Origin: Escherichia coli
GTDB lineage: Bacteria; Pseudomonadota; Gammaproteobacteria; Enterobacterales; Enterobacteriaceae
Strand: one strand, 5' to 3'
Assembly: GCF_003334385.1 (NCBI RefSeq)
Contig: NZ_QOWN01000001.1
Length of the DNA: 64,000 bases
The notes beneath the pieces were generated by a model that saw nothing but the letters and a program-made list of their open reading frames with translations, made no database searches and was not told the DNA's origin. Positions 52,595 through 62,370 of the stretch are shown piece by piece (the first letter of the stretch is position 1; the number at the start of each line of letters is the position of its first letter). Both the position numbers and the translations under genes were made by a program.

Positions 52595-54084
52595 AACGCC
52601 CCAATTTTCTGTTCGTCATGACCGATACCCAGGCCACCAATATGGTCGGTTGCTATAGCGGTAAACCGCTGAATACGCAAAATATTGATAGTCTGGCGGC
52701 GGAAGGTATTCGCTTTAATTCCGCCTACACCTGTTCACCGGTTTGTACGCCTGCACGGGCCGGACTATTTACCGGTATCTACGCTAACCAGTCCGGCCCG
52801 TGGACCAACAACGTCGCGCCAGGCAAAAACATCTCCACTATGGGGCGCTACTTTAAGGATGCCGGCTATCACACCTGTTACATCGGCAAATGGCATCTCG
52901 ACGGTCATGACTATTTCGGCACTGGCGAGTGTCCGCCGGAGTGGGACGCTGATTACTGGTTCGATGGGGCGAACTATCTTAGCGAACTGACGGAAAAAGA
53001 GATTAGCCTGTGGCGCAATGGCCTAAACAGCGTCGAAGATTTACAGGCGAACCATATCGACGAAACCTTCACCTGGGCGCATCGTATCAGCAATCGGGCG
53101 GTGGATTTTCTGCAACAGCCTGCGCGCGCAGACGAGCCTTTCCTGATGGTGGTTTCGTATGATGAGCCGCATCACCCGTTCACCTGTCCGGTGGAGTATT
53201 TAGAGAAATACGCTGATTTTTACTACGAGCTGGGCGAGAAAGCACAGGATGACCTGGCTAACAAACCGGAACATCACCGCTTATGGGCGCAGGCGATGCC
53301 ATCGCCAGTCGGTGATGACGGGCTTTATCACCATCCGCTCTATTTTGCCTGTAATGACTTTGTTGATGACCAAATCGGACGGGTCATCAATGCCTTAACG
53401 CCAGAGCAACGTGAAAATACGTGGGTTATTTATACCTCCGATCACGGCGAAATGATGGGCGCACATAAGCTGATCAGTAAAGGGGCGGCGATGTATGACG
53501 ACATCACCCGCATTCCGCTGATCATCCGTTCGCCGCAAGGGGAGCGGCGACAGGTCGATACGCCAGTCAGTCATATCGATTTACTGCCGACAATGATGGC
53601 GCTGGCAGATATTGAAAAACCAGAGATTCTGCCGGGGGAAAATATCCTTGCCGTGAAAGAGCCACGCGGCGTGATGGTGGAATTTAACCGCTACGAGATT
53701 GAGCATGACAGCTTTGGCGGTTTTATTCCGGTGCGTTGCTGGGTGACGGATGACTTTAAACTGGTACTCAACCTCTTCACCAGTGATGAACTTTACGATC
53801 GCCGTAATGACCCAAATGAAATGCATAACCTGATCGATGATATCCGTTTTGCAGACGTTCGCAGCAAAATGCATGACGCCTTATTGGATTACATGGACAA
53901 AATTCGCGATCCGTTCCGCAGTTACCAATGGAGTCTGCGTCCGTGGCGTAAAGATGCACGGCCGCGCTGGATGGGGGCGTTTCGTCCACGTCCACAAGAT
54001 GGCTATTCGCCAGTTGTACGCGACTATGACACCGGCCTACCGACACAAGGGGTGAAGGTGGAGGAGAAAAAACAGAAGTTCTGA
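52591..54084 (+). CDS. yidJ: Cys-type sulfatase
   Basis: 497 aa; sulfatase signature C-x-P-x-R present as CSPVCTPARAGLFTG near the N-terminus; start overlaps the yidK stop by 4 nt. Confidence 0.9.
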   Translation: MKRPNFLFVMTDTQATNMVGCYSGKPLNTQNIDSLAAEGIRFNSAYTCSPVCTPARAGLFTGIYANQSGPWTNNVAPGKNISTMGRYFKDAGYHTCYIGKWHLDGHDYFGTGECPPEWDADYWFDGANYLSELTEKEISLWRNGLNSVEDLQANHIDETFTWAHRISNRAVDFLQQPARADEPFLMVVSYDEPHHPFTCPVEYLEKYADFYYELGEKAQDDLANKPEHHRLWAQAMPSPVGDDGLYHHPLYFACNDFVDDQIGRVINALTPEQRENTWVIYTSDHGEMMGAHKLISKGAAMYDDITRIPLIIRSPQGERRQVDTPVSHIDLLPTMMALADIEKPEILPGENILAVKEPRGVMVEFNRYEIEHDSFGGFIPVRCWVTDDFKLVLNLFTSDELYDRRNDPNEMHNLIDDIRFADVRSKMHDALLDYMDKIRDPFRSYQWSLRPWRKDARPRWMGAFRPRPQDGYSPVVRDYDTGLPTQGVKVEEKKQKF

Positions 54085-54130
54085 CGATAATGCCCGCTGA
54101 TGATCACCCGGCGGGCATTATTCAGGCTGC

Positions 54131-54580
54131 TTAAACCAGTGAACCGCCGGTCAGGAAGGAAAAGATAAGGAATATCAGCAAAATGCTGCACACGATGCCG
54201 ATACCAAAAAGCAAGGTATGGAAAGCCAGCGTCCCGCCGCCAAAAACCAGCGCGCCGCGAATGCCCCAGCGATTTTCCTTACGCATACCGCCAATAAATG
54301 CGCAAAGTAGCGCAGCAATGGCCAGTGCGATACCGCTTTGATTGAGGATTTTATCGACATCTACGTCCTCTTTTTTCTCCACGGTGGTAATTTTTTCGCC
54401 TTTTATTCCGGCGAGAAGACCTCTTTTAATTTCAGCCGTTTTGTCCGCCACGATGCTTTCAAACGTTGGCGGTGGTGCGGAGAAAGGGCCGAATGAAAAG
54501 TGGATAATCCCCATCATTAAAGCGATGGCACCGAACAGCATGCCCAATGAACTGATTTTATTTTGAGCTATGATACCCAT
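54131..54580 (-). CDS. yidI: Inner membrane protein YidI
   Basis: 149 aa from ATG at 54580 (MGIIAQNKISSLGMLFGAIALMMG...), preceded by RBS ggaggtcag. Confidence 0.8.
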   Translation of the reverse strand: MGIIAQNKISSLGMLFGAIALMMGIIHFSFGPFSAPPPTFESIVADKTAEIKRGLLAGIKGEKITTVEKKEDVDVDKILNQSGIALAIAALLCAFIGGMRKENRWGIRGALVFGGGTLAFHTLLFGIGIVCSILLIFLIFSFLTGGSLV

Positions 54581-54687
54581 CTGACCTCCTTGTAGCGGAT
54601 GGCAAAAGCATATCAGGAAACGGGCGGACGAAATTCTTAAAAAAACCGCTAAAGGTAGAGCGTTAGTGAAATTGCAAAGGAGCAACA

Positions 54688-55035
54688 ATGAAAATTTCCC
54701 GCCTCGGAGAAGCGCCTGATTACCGCTTCTCGCTGGCTAATGAGCGTACTTTTCTGGCGTGGATCCGTACTGCACTAGGATTTCTGGCGGCGGGGGTTGG
54801 GCTTGATCAACTTGCGCCAGATTTCGCCACGCCCGTCATTCGCGAACTGCTGGCGTTGTTGTTGTGTCTGTTTTCCGGCGGGTTAGCGATGTATGGCTAC
54901 TTGCGCTGGTTACGCAATGAAAAAGCGATGCGTCTGAAAGAGGACCTGCCCTACACCAACAGCTTATTAATCATTAGCTTAATATTGATGGTCGTGGCGG
55001 TGATCGTTATGGGACTGGTGTTGTATGCCGGATAG
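54688..55035 (+). CDS. yidH: Small inner membrane protein (DUF202-like)
   Basis: 115 aa, two hydrophobic helices. Confidence 0.82.
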   Translation: MKISRLGEAPDYRFSLANERTFLAWIRTALGFLAAGVGLDQLAPDFATPVIRELLALLLCLFSGGLAMYGYLRWLRNEKAMRLKEDLPYTNSLLIISLILMVVAVIVMGLVLYAG

Positions 55036-55387
55036 CCGCAAAGCCAGACGCATTGCCGACCCAGGACTGCAGCCGGAGCGCACATCACTGGCGTGGTTTC
55101 GTACCATGCTGGGCTACGGCGCGTTGATGGCGTTGGCTATCAAACACAACTGGCACCAGGCGGGCATGTTATTCTGGATTTCGATTGGCATTCTCGCCAT
55201 CGTGGCGCTGATCCTCTGGCACTACACCCGTAATCGCAATTTAATGGATGTCACGAATAGCGATTTTTCCCAATTTCACGTAGTCCGTGACAAATTTTTG
55301 ATCTCCCTCGCGGTGTTATCTCTCGCAATACTGTTTGCTGTAACGCATATACATCAACTTATCGTATTTATTGAGAGAGTCGCATGA
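55025..55387 (+). CDS. yidG: Small inner membrane protein (DUF202-like)
   Basis: 120 aa; overlaps yidH by 11 nt and yidF by 4 nt. Confidence 0.82.
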   Translation: MPDSRKARRIADPGLQPERTSLAWFRTMLGYGALMALAIKHNWHQAGMLFWISIGILAIVALILWHYTRNRNLMDVTNSDFSQFHVVRDKFLISLAVLSLAILFAVTHIHQLIVFIERVA

Positions 55388-55881
55388 CAGGAAGTCAGGT
55401 CATTGATGCTGAAGAGGACAGGCATAAACTGGTTGTAGAGTACAAGGATGCTCTGCAACCTGCCGATTTTTATCACAATTTCAAACAGCGGGGCATCCGC
55501 TCCGTACAGCTCATTCCCTATCTTGAATTTGATGACCGGGGCGATCTGACGGCCGCTTCGGTGACAGCAGAGCTGTGGGGGAAATTTTTAATTGCCCTGT
55601 TCGATTGTTGGGTGCGGGCAGATATCAGTCGTATCTCGATTGAGCTTTTTGACGCCACCTTACAAAAATGGTGTGGCAGCGAAAACCCGCAACCGCGCTG
55701 TGACTGCCAGGCGTGCGACTGGCATCGCCTGTGCCCGCACGCTCGGCAGGAGACGCCAGACAGCGTGCTTTGTGCGGGCTATCAGGCGTTTTATTCTTAC
55801 TCCGCACCGCATATGCGGGTGATGCGTGATCTGATAAAGCAGCATCGTTCTCCCATGGAGCTGATGACGATGCTGCGGTGA
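55384..55881 (+). CDS. yidF: Cys-rich protein resembling the C-terminal domain of anaerobic sulfatase-maturating enzymes
   Basis: 165 aa; Cys cluster CDCQACDWHRLCPH...C; no N-terminal CxxxCxxC radical-SAM motif. Confidence 0.8.
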   Translation: MTGSQVIDAEEDRHKLVVEYKDALQPADFYHNFKQRGIRSVQLIPYLEFDDRGDLTAASVTAELWGKFLIALFDCWVRADISRISIELFDATLQKWCGSENPQPRCDCQACDWHRLCPHARQETPDSVLCAGYQAFYSYSAPHMRVMRDLIKQHRSPMELMTMLR

Positions 55882-55888
55882 CGTGCGC

Positions 55889-57073
55889 TTAAACGGGCTG
55901 CCCCTGATGCGACATCCGCGTCGCCAGCGGCAGCCAGCACAGCACGATCAACAATCCCATTAAGGTCATCAACAACCCCAGGCTGCCCTGACCGGTTTGC
56001 GGCAACATCGCAGAGAGCGACGCCAGCACGCCGGAACCAATGTTTTGCAGACCGCCGACCAGCGCGCCAGCCGTGCCCGCCAGGAAGGGGAACGGCTCCA
56101 TCGCGCCGCTGGTCGCCAGCGGAAACAGCATCCCGGCACCGAAAAAGAACAGCGCGGCGGGAACGAGCAGCGTCCAGACATTCATCACGCCAAACCAGTC
56201 GGGGATCCACATCAGCAAGCCAGCCAGCAGGCAGCAGATAACCGACTGCCACATTAACGTGGAGAAGCGTTTATTGGGACGTCCGGCAAACCATGCGCCA
56301 AAAAACGCTGCCGGAATCGGCAGAATAAACAAAATACTGACCGTCATACTGCTCAGCCCTAACACCGCGCCCATCAGCACGCCGGAGCAGGCTTCAAAGG
56401 CGGCAATCCCGGCCAGACCGCCAATCAGCATCAGCAAATAACAGTTAAAACCGCTGTTACCGAAAAGCGTTTTATAACTGGTAAGCAGGCGCGTGCGCGG
56501 TGCATCGACCGGACGCGTTTCCGGCATCCAGCGGGCCATACTGAAGGTCACACCAGCACAAAGAACCAACAAAAAGAGATAACAGGCGCGCCAGTTCCAC
56601 ATCGTATCCAGCAGACCGCCGATTAGCGGTGCGAGCAACGGACTGACGAGAATCCCCATGTTTAACAGGCTGTTAGCATGGCGCAACTGTGTCCGTTCAT
56701 ATAAATCTCGCGGTAAAGTACGCGCCATTACGCCGCCAACGCCGGTGCCCATCCCCTGCATCGCGCTGGCGGCAATCAACACCGTCAAACTGGAGGTCGT
56801 GACCGCGACCAGCGTTGCCAGCATAAAAATGGACATTCCGACGAGGATCACCGGTCGGCGGCCCACGCGGTCGGAAATCGGGCCATAAAACAGCTGTGAG
56901 ACACCGTAAGTCAGCAGATAAGCGCCCATTACGCTCTGCACCGCCCCTTCACGGACGTTGAGATCGCGCGCCATATCGGCAATAGCTGGAATATAAATGG
57001 TTTGCGCCATCTGACCGACGGCCACGAGTAATACCAACATCAATAACAAATTGACGTTTCTTTGCCTTTTCAT
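55889..57073 (-). CDS. emrD: MFS multidrug efflux transporter EmrD
   Basis: 394 aa from ATG at 57073 (MKRQRNVNLLLMLVLLVAVGQ...). Confidence 0.92.
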   Translation of the reverse strand: MKRQRNVNLLLMLVLLVAVGQMAQTIYIPAIADMARDLNVREGAVQSVMGAYLLTYGVSQLFYGPISDRVGRRPVILVGMSIFMLATLVAVTTSSLTVLIAASAMQGMGTGVGGVMARTLPRDLYERTQLRHANSLLNMGILVSPLLAPLIGGLLDTMWNWRACYLFLLVLCAGVTFSMARWMPETRPVDAPRTRLLTSYKTLFGNSGFNCYLLMLIGGLAGIAAFEACSGVLMGAVLGLSSMTVSILFILPIPAAFFGAWFAGRPNKRFSTLMWQSVICCLLAGLLMWIPDWFGVMNVWTLLVPAALFFFGAGMLFPLATSGAMEPFPFLAGTAGALVGGLQNIGSGVLASLSAMLPQTGQGSLGLLMTLMGLLIVLCWLPLATRMSHQGQPV

Positions 57074-57250
57074 TATCACGGATGCTTTTATAAAAATAAT
57101 TAGAATAAGTCACTACGCATTCCCATAAATGCGGGAGAGGAATCTATCACATTGATGAATGTTAGCCAGATATACGCCAGGAATGGGGAATTGTTTAGCG
57201 GCAGAATATGTAAACAAAAGCGGCAATAAATGTTGCCGGGAGAGATGGTA

Positions 57251-57286
57251 GGGCGGATAAGATGCGTCAGCATCGCATCCGACACC
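57251..57286. repeat. REP-like element between emrD and tisB
   Basis: gggcggataagatgcgtcagcatcgcatccgacacc resembles the REP consensus. Confidence 0.5.
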
Positions 57287-57304
57287 AACCCGCACGCTAA
57301 ATAT

Positions 57305-57334
57305 AAAAGGGGAGCGGTTTCCCGCTCCCCTTTG
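57305..57334 (-). terminator. Intrinsic terminator of the tisAB transcript
   Basis: aaaaggggagcggtttcccgctcccctttt: perfect stem; on the minus strand it is followed by TTTTATAT. Confidence 0.8.
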
Positions 57335-57352
57335 GTGCGACTTGAATCTGAA

Positions 57353-57442
57353 TTACTTCAGGTATTTCAGAACAGCATCAAGCAGTTGCAGTGCTGCAAC
57401 AATGAGTTTGAGGATAAGAATGGCGATATCCACCAGGTTCAT
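57353..57442 (-). CDS. tisB: Type I toxin TisB (29-aa membrane peptide, SOS-induced)
   Basis: Reverse complement ATGAACCTGGTGGATATCGCCATTCTTATCCTCAAACTCATTGTTGCAGCACTGCAACTGCTTGATGCTGTTCTGAAATACCTGAAGTAA = MNLVDIAILILKLIVAALQLLDAVLKYLK*. Confidence 0.93.
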   Translation of the reverse strand: MNLVDIAILILKLIVAALQLLDAVLKYLK

Positions 57443-57676
57443 ACGCGTCTCCTGTGGTTCAGGAGCACTGCCAGCTGACGTACCTTTCCGCTGCCTGTTG
57501 CCAGCTGTTGTGCACGCGGTATCTCAAGGAGAAACGTTGTGCTTGTTGACATAACACAGTGTGCTCACGCGGGGTTAAGGCGCTGACGGCACCACCCGTT
57601 TCAGCCAGGACTTAGTGCGCCGGGTAACGATGCGGCCCCCGCATAACACATTGCGTACAGTGATATTATAGAAGTT

Positions 57677-57696
57677 TACTGTATAAATAAACAGTA
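57677..57696. promoter_or_regulatory. LexA box (SOS operator) in the tisAB/istR control region
   Basis: tactgtataaataaacagta: palindromic CTGT-N8-ACAG matching the LexA consensus TACTGTATATATATACAGTA. Confidence 0.88.
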
Positions 57697-57739
57697 ATAT
57701 TTGGACAAAACGCAAACTGTGATCGATACTCAACTATGC

Positions 57740-57880
57740 ACTAAATACGTCAAAATTCGTGCCGAAATTGCGCGTTCTGCGCGGAACACGTATACTTTCA
57801 GTGTTGACATAATACAGTGTGCTTTGCGGTTACCAGCCGCAGGCGACTGACGAAACCTCGCTCCGGCGGGGTTTTTTGTT
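57740..57880 (+). ncRNA. istR: IstR antitoxin sRNA (IstR-2 about 140 nt; IstR-1 is the 3' roughly 75 nt from about 57805); ends approximate
   Basis: Transcribed divergently from tisAB; 57803-57829 (gttgacataatacagtgtgctttgcgg) nearly repeats 57545-57572 in the tisAB leader, making the sRNA complementary to the minus-strand mRNA; T-run at 57871-57877. Confidence 0.6.
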
Positions 57881-58006
57881 ATCTGCAATTCAGTACAAAA
57901 CGTGATCAACCCCTCAATTTTCCCTTGCTGAAAAATTTTCCATTGTCTCCCCTGTAAAGCTGTGCTTGTATAAATATTGTTAAACACAAAACCAACAAGG
58001 TCCCCA

Positions 58007-58105
58007 ATGACTACTTCCATGCTCAACGCAAAACTACTACCAACTGCGCCATCCGCCGCAGTGGTCGTCGTGCGTGTGGTGGTGGTCGTCGGCAATGCGC
58101 CGTAG
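58007..58105 (+). CDS. ivbL: ilvB operon leader peptide (32 aa)
   Basis: MTTSMLNAKLLPTAPSAAVVVVRVVVVVGNAP*: Val-rich regulatory codon run with two Leu codons. Confidence 0.92.
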   Translation: MTTSMLNAKLLPTAPSAAVVVVRVVVVVGNAP

Positions 58106-58130
58106 GGACTGGAACAACACACGATTCCAA

Positions 58131-58165
58131 AACCCCGCCGGCGCAAACCGGGCGGGGTTTTTCGT
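58131..58165 (+). terminator. ilvBN attenuator terminator
   Basis: aaaaccccgccggcgcaaaccgggcggggtttttcgttt: GC-rich hairpin plus U-run between ivbL and ilvB. Confidence 0.85.
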
Positions 58166-58210
58166 TTAAGCACCTCCCGGAAAGTCGGCCCAGAAGAAAA
58201 GGACTGGAGC

Positions 58211-59899
58211 ATGGCAAGTTCGGGCACAACATCGACGCGTAAGCGCTTTACCGGCGCAGAATTTATCGTTCATTTCCTGGAACAGCAGGGCATTAAGATT
58301 GTGACAGGCATTCCGGGCGGTTCTATCCTGCCTGTTTACGATGCCTTAAGCCAAAGCACGCAAATCCGCCATATTCTGGCCCGTCATGAACAGGGCGCGG
58401 GCTTTATCGCTCAGGGAATGGCGCGCACCGACGGTAAACCGGCGGTCTGTATGGCCTGTAGCGGACCGGGTGCGACTAACCTGGTGACCGCCATTGCCGA
58501 TGCGCGGCTGGACTCCATCCCGCTGATTTGCATCACTGGTCAGGTTCCCGCCTCGATGATCGGCACCGACGCCTTCCAGGAAGTGGACACCTACGGCATC
58601 TCTATCCCCATCACCAAACACAACTATCTGGTCAGACATATCGAAGAACTCCCGCAGGTCATGAGCGATGCCTTCCGCATTGCGCAATCAGGCCGCCCAG
58701 GCCCGGTGTGGATAGACATTCCTAAGGATGTGCAAACGGCAGTTTTTGAGATTGAAACACAGCCCGCTATGGCAGAAAAAGCCGCCGCCCCCGCCTTTAG
58801 CGAAGAAAGCATTCGTGACGCAGCGGCGATGATTAACGCTGCCAAACGCCCGGTGCTTTATCTGGGCGGCGGTGTGATCAATGCGCCCGCACGGGTGCGT
58901 GAACTGGCGGAGAAAGCGCAACTGCCTACCACCATGACTTTAATGGCGCTGGGCATGTTGCCAAAAGCGCATCCGTTGTCGCTGGGTATGCTGGGGATGC
59001 ACGGCGTGCGCAGCACCAACTATATTTTGCAGGAGGCGGATTTGTTGATAGTGCTCGGTGCGCGTTTTGATGACCGGGCGATTGGCAAAACCGAGCAGTT
59101 CTGTCCGAATGCCAAAATCATTCATGTCGATATCGACCGTGCAGAGCTGGGTAAAATCAAGCAGCCGCACGTGGCGATTCAGGCGGATGTTGATGACGTG
59201 CTGGCGCAGTTGATCCCGCTGGTGGAAGCGCAACCGCGTGCAGAGTGGCACCAGTTGGTAGCGGATTTGCAGCGTGAGTTTCCGTGTCCAATCCCGAAAG
59301 CGTGCGATCCGTTAAGCCATTACGGCCTGATCAACGCCGTTGCCGCCTGTGTCGATGACAATGCAATTATCACCACCGACGTTGGTCAGCATCAGATGTG
59401 GACCGCGCAAGCTTATCCGCTCAATCGCCCACGCCAGTGGCTGACCTCCGGTGGGCTGGGCACGATGGGTTTTGGCCTGCCTGCGGCGATTGGCGCTGCG
59501 CTGGCGAACCCGGATCGCAAAGTGTTGTGTTTCTCCGGCGACGGCAGCCTGATGATGAATATTCAGGAGATGGCGACCGCCAGTGAAAATCAGCTGGATG
59601 TCAAAATCATTCTGATGAACAACGAAGCGCTGGGGCTGGTGCATCAGCAACAGAGTCTGTTCTACGAGCAAGGCGTTTTTGCCGCCACCTATCCGGGCAA
59701 AATCAACTTTATGCAGATTGCCGCCGGATTCGGCCTCGAAACCTGTGATTTGAATAACGAAGCCGATCCGCAGGCTTCATTGCAGGAAATCATCAATCGC
59801 CCTGGCCCGGCGCTGATCCATGTGCGCATTGATGCCGAAGAAAAAGTTTACCCGATGGTGCCGCCAGGTGCGGCGAATACTGAAATGGTGGGGGAATAA
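58211..59899 (+). CDS. ilvB: Acetolactate synthase I large subunit (ThDP-dependent)
   Basis: 562 aa; ThDP-binding motif GDGS...NN. Confidence 0.95.
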   Translation: MASSGTTSTRKRFTGAEFIVHFLEQQGIKIVTGIPGGSILPVYDALSQSTQIRHILARHEQGAGFIAQGMARTDGKPAVCMACSGPGATNLVTAIADARLDSIPLICITGQVPASMIGTDAFQEVDTYGISIPITKHNYLVRHIEELPQVMSDAFRIAQSGRPGPVWIDIPKDVQTAVFEIETQPAMAEKAAAPAFSEESIRDAAAMINAAKRPVLYLGGGVINAPARVRELAEKAQLPTTMTLMALGMLPKAHPLSLGMLGMHGVRSTNYILQEADLLIVLGARFDDRAIGKTEQFCPNAKIIHVDIDRAELGKIKQPHVAIQADVDDVLAQLIPLVEAQPRAEWHQLVADLQREFPCPIPKACDPLSHYGLINAVAACVDDNAIITTDVGQHQMWTAQAYPLNRPRQWLTSGGLGTMGFGLPAAIGAALANPDRKVLCFSGDGSLMMNIQEMATASENQLDVKIILMNNEALGLVHQQQSLFYEQGVFAATYPGKINFMQIAAGFGLETCDLNNEADPQASLQEIINRPGPALIHVRIDAEEKVYPMVPPGAANTEMVGE

Positions 59900-59902
59900 G
59901 CC

Positions 59903-60193
59903 ATGCAAAACACAACTTATGACAACGTAATTCTGGAGCTCACCGTTCGCAACCATCCGGGCGTAATGACCCACGTTTGTGGCCTTTTTGCCCGCCGCGC
60001 TTTTAACGTTGAAGGCATTCTTTGTCTGCCGATTCAGGACAGCGACAAAAGCCATATCTGGCTACTGGTCAATGACGACCAGCGTCTGGAGCAGATGATA
60101 AGCCAAATCGATAAGCTGGAAGATGTCGTGAAAGTGCAGCGTAATCAGTCCGATCCGACGATGTTTAACAAGATCGCGGTGTTTTTTCAGTAA
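59903..60193 (+). CDS. ilvN: Acetolactate synthase I small (regulatory) subunit
   Basis: 96-aa ACT-domain protein 3 nt after ilvB. Confidence 0.93.
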   Translation: MQNTTYDNVILELTVRNHPGVMTHVCGLFARRAFNVEGILCLPIQDSDKSHIWLLVNDDQRLEQMISQIDKLEDVVKVQRNQSDPTMFNKIAVFFQ

Positions 60194-60268
60194 CCGCTCA
60201 AGGCTTGAACAACATCGCGCTTATCGTTAAGGTAAGCGCGTATTTTTTTTACCCGCCAGGACAAGACC

Positions 60269-60859
60269 ATGATCACCGTTGCCCTTATAGACGATCACCT
60301 CATCGTCCGCTCCGGCTTTGCGCAGCTGCTGGGGCTGGAACCTGATTTGCAGGTAGTTGCCGAGTTTGGTTCGGGGCGCGAGGCGCTGGCGGGGCTGCCG
60401 GGGCGCGGTGTGCAGGTGTGTATTTGCGATATCTCCATGCCCGATATCTCCGGTCTGGAGCTGCTAAGCCAGCTGCCGAAAGGTATGGCGACGATTATGC
60501 TCTCCGTTCACGACAGTCCTGCGCTGGTTGAGCAGGCGCTTAACGCGGGGGCACGCGGCTTTCTTTCCAAACGCTGTAGCCCGGATGAACTCATTGCTGC
60601 GGTGCATACGGTTGCCACGGGCGGCTGTTATCTGACGCCGGATATTGCCATTAAACTGGCATCCGGTCGTCAGGACCCGCTAACCAAACGTGAACGCCAG
60701 GTGGCGGAAAAACTGGCGCAAGGAATGGCGGTGAAAGAGATTGCCGCCGAACTGGGCTTGTCACCGAAAACGGTACACGTCCATCGCGCCAATCTGATGG
60801 AAAAACTGGGCGTCAGTAACGACGTAGAGCTGGCGCGCCGCATGTTTGATGGCTGGTGA
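60269..60859 (+). CDS. uhpA: Response regulator UhpA (NarL/FixJ family)
   Basis: 196 aa; receiver domain with the conserved Asp in [10 protein letters not shown]; C-terminal LuxR-type HTH. Confidence 0.94.
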
Positions 60860-62361
60860 TGAAGACGTTGTTCTCCCGCTTAATTACCGTTATTGCCTGC
60901 TTTTTTATCTTCTCTGCCGCATGGTTTTGCCTGTGGAGTATCAGCCTGCATCTGGTTGAGCGCCCTGATATGGCGGTGCTGTTATTTCCGTTTGGTCTGC
61001 GTCTGGGGCTAATGCTGCAATGCCCGCGCGGATACTGGCCCGTATTGCTGGGCGCGGAGTGGCTGCTGATTTACTGGCTAACGCAGGCGGTCGGTTTAAC
61101 CCATTTTCCGTTATTGATGATCGGTAGTTTACTGACGTTACTGCCCGTAGCGCTGATCTCGCGCTATCGCCATCAGCGTGACTGGCGCACCTTGCTGTTA
61201 CAGGGGGCGGCGTTAACGGCGGCGGCGTTGTTGCAGTCGCTGCCCTGGCTTTGGCACGGCAAAGAGTCGTGGAATGCGCTGTTGCTGACTTTAACTGGCG
61301 GCCTGACGCTGGCCCCGATATGTCTGGTGTTCTGGCACTATCTCGCCAATAACACCTGGCTGCCGCTCGGTCCGTCACTGGTTTCTCAGCCAATCAACTG
61401 GCGCGGGCGACATCTGGTCTGGTACTTGCTGCTGTTTGTTATCAGTCTCTGGCTCCAGTTGGGATTGCCGGACGAACTGTCGCGCTTTACGCCATTCTGT
61501 CTGGCGCTGCCGATTATCGCGCTGGCCTGGCACTATGGTTGGCAAGGGGCGCTGATTGCGACGTTGATGAACGCCATCGCGCTGATCGCCAGTCAAACCT
61601 GGCGCGATCATCCGGTGGATTTATTGCTCTCGCTGCTGGTGCAAAGTCTGACAGGGTTGTTGCTTGGCGCTGGCATCCAGCGGTTGCGTGAACTTAACCA
61701 GTCGCTGCAAAAGGAACTGGCGCGCAATCAGCATCTGGCTGAACGGTTGCTGGAAACCGAAGAGAGCGTGCGCCGTGATGTGGCGCGTGAGCTGCATGAT
61801 GATATCGGTCAGACCATCACTGCTATTCGTACTCAGGCGGGCATTGTTCAGCGGCTGGCGGCAGATAACGCCAGCGTGAAGCAGAGCGGGCAGCTCATCG
61901 AACAACTATCGCTGGGCGTTTACGACGCGGTGCGCCGTTTGTTGGGTCGGTTACGTCCGCGCCAGTTGGATGATCTCACCCTGGAGCAGGCCATCCGCTC
62001 ACTGATGCGGGAAATGGAGCTGGAAGGGCGCGGTATTGTCAGCCATCTCGAATGGCGAATCGATGAATCAGCGTTAAGCGAAAACCAGCGCGTGACGCTG
62101 TTTCGTGTCTGCCAGGAAGGGCTGAACAACATTGTGAAACATGCTGATGCCAGCGCGGTCACCCTGCAAGGCTGGCAGCAGGATGAACGGTTGATGCTGG
62201 TTATTGAAGACGATGGCAGCGGTTTGCCGCCGGGTTCCGGGCAACAAGGTTTTGGCCTCACCGGAATGCGCGAGCGCGTAACGGCGCTGGGTGGCACATT
62301 ACACATTTCCTGTCTGCACGGCACGCGTGTCAGCGTTTCTCTACCTCAACGCTATGTCTAA
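60859..62361 (+). CDS. uhpB: Sensor histidine kinase UhpB
   Basis: 500 aa from ATG at 60859, which overlaps the uhpA stop; membrane N-terminal half; His box [13 protein letters not shown] and ATPase domain. Confidence 0.93.
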
Positions 62362-62370
62362 GGTTTGATG

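Noticed and set aside
55797-56441. Overlapping Arg-rich ORFs on both strands (151 aa, 133 aa, 86 aa)
   Set aside because: All lie within or antisense to emrD; none has a convincing start context.
57100-57295. Two small minus-strand ORFs (62 aa and 60 aa) between emrD and tisB
   Set aside because: They overlap each other and the REP-like element and emrD promoter region; no RBS or coding-like composition.
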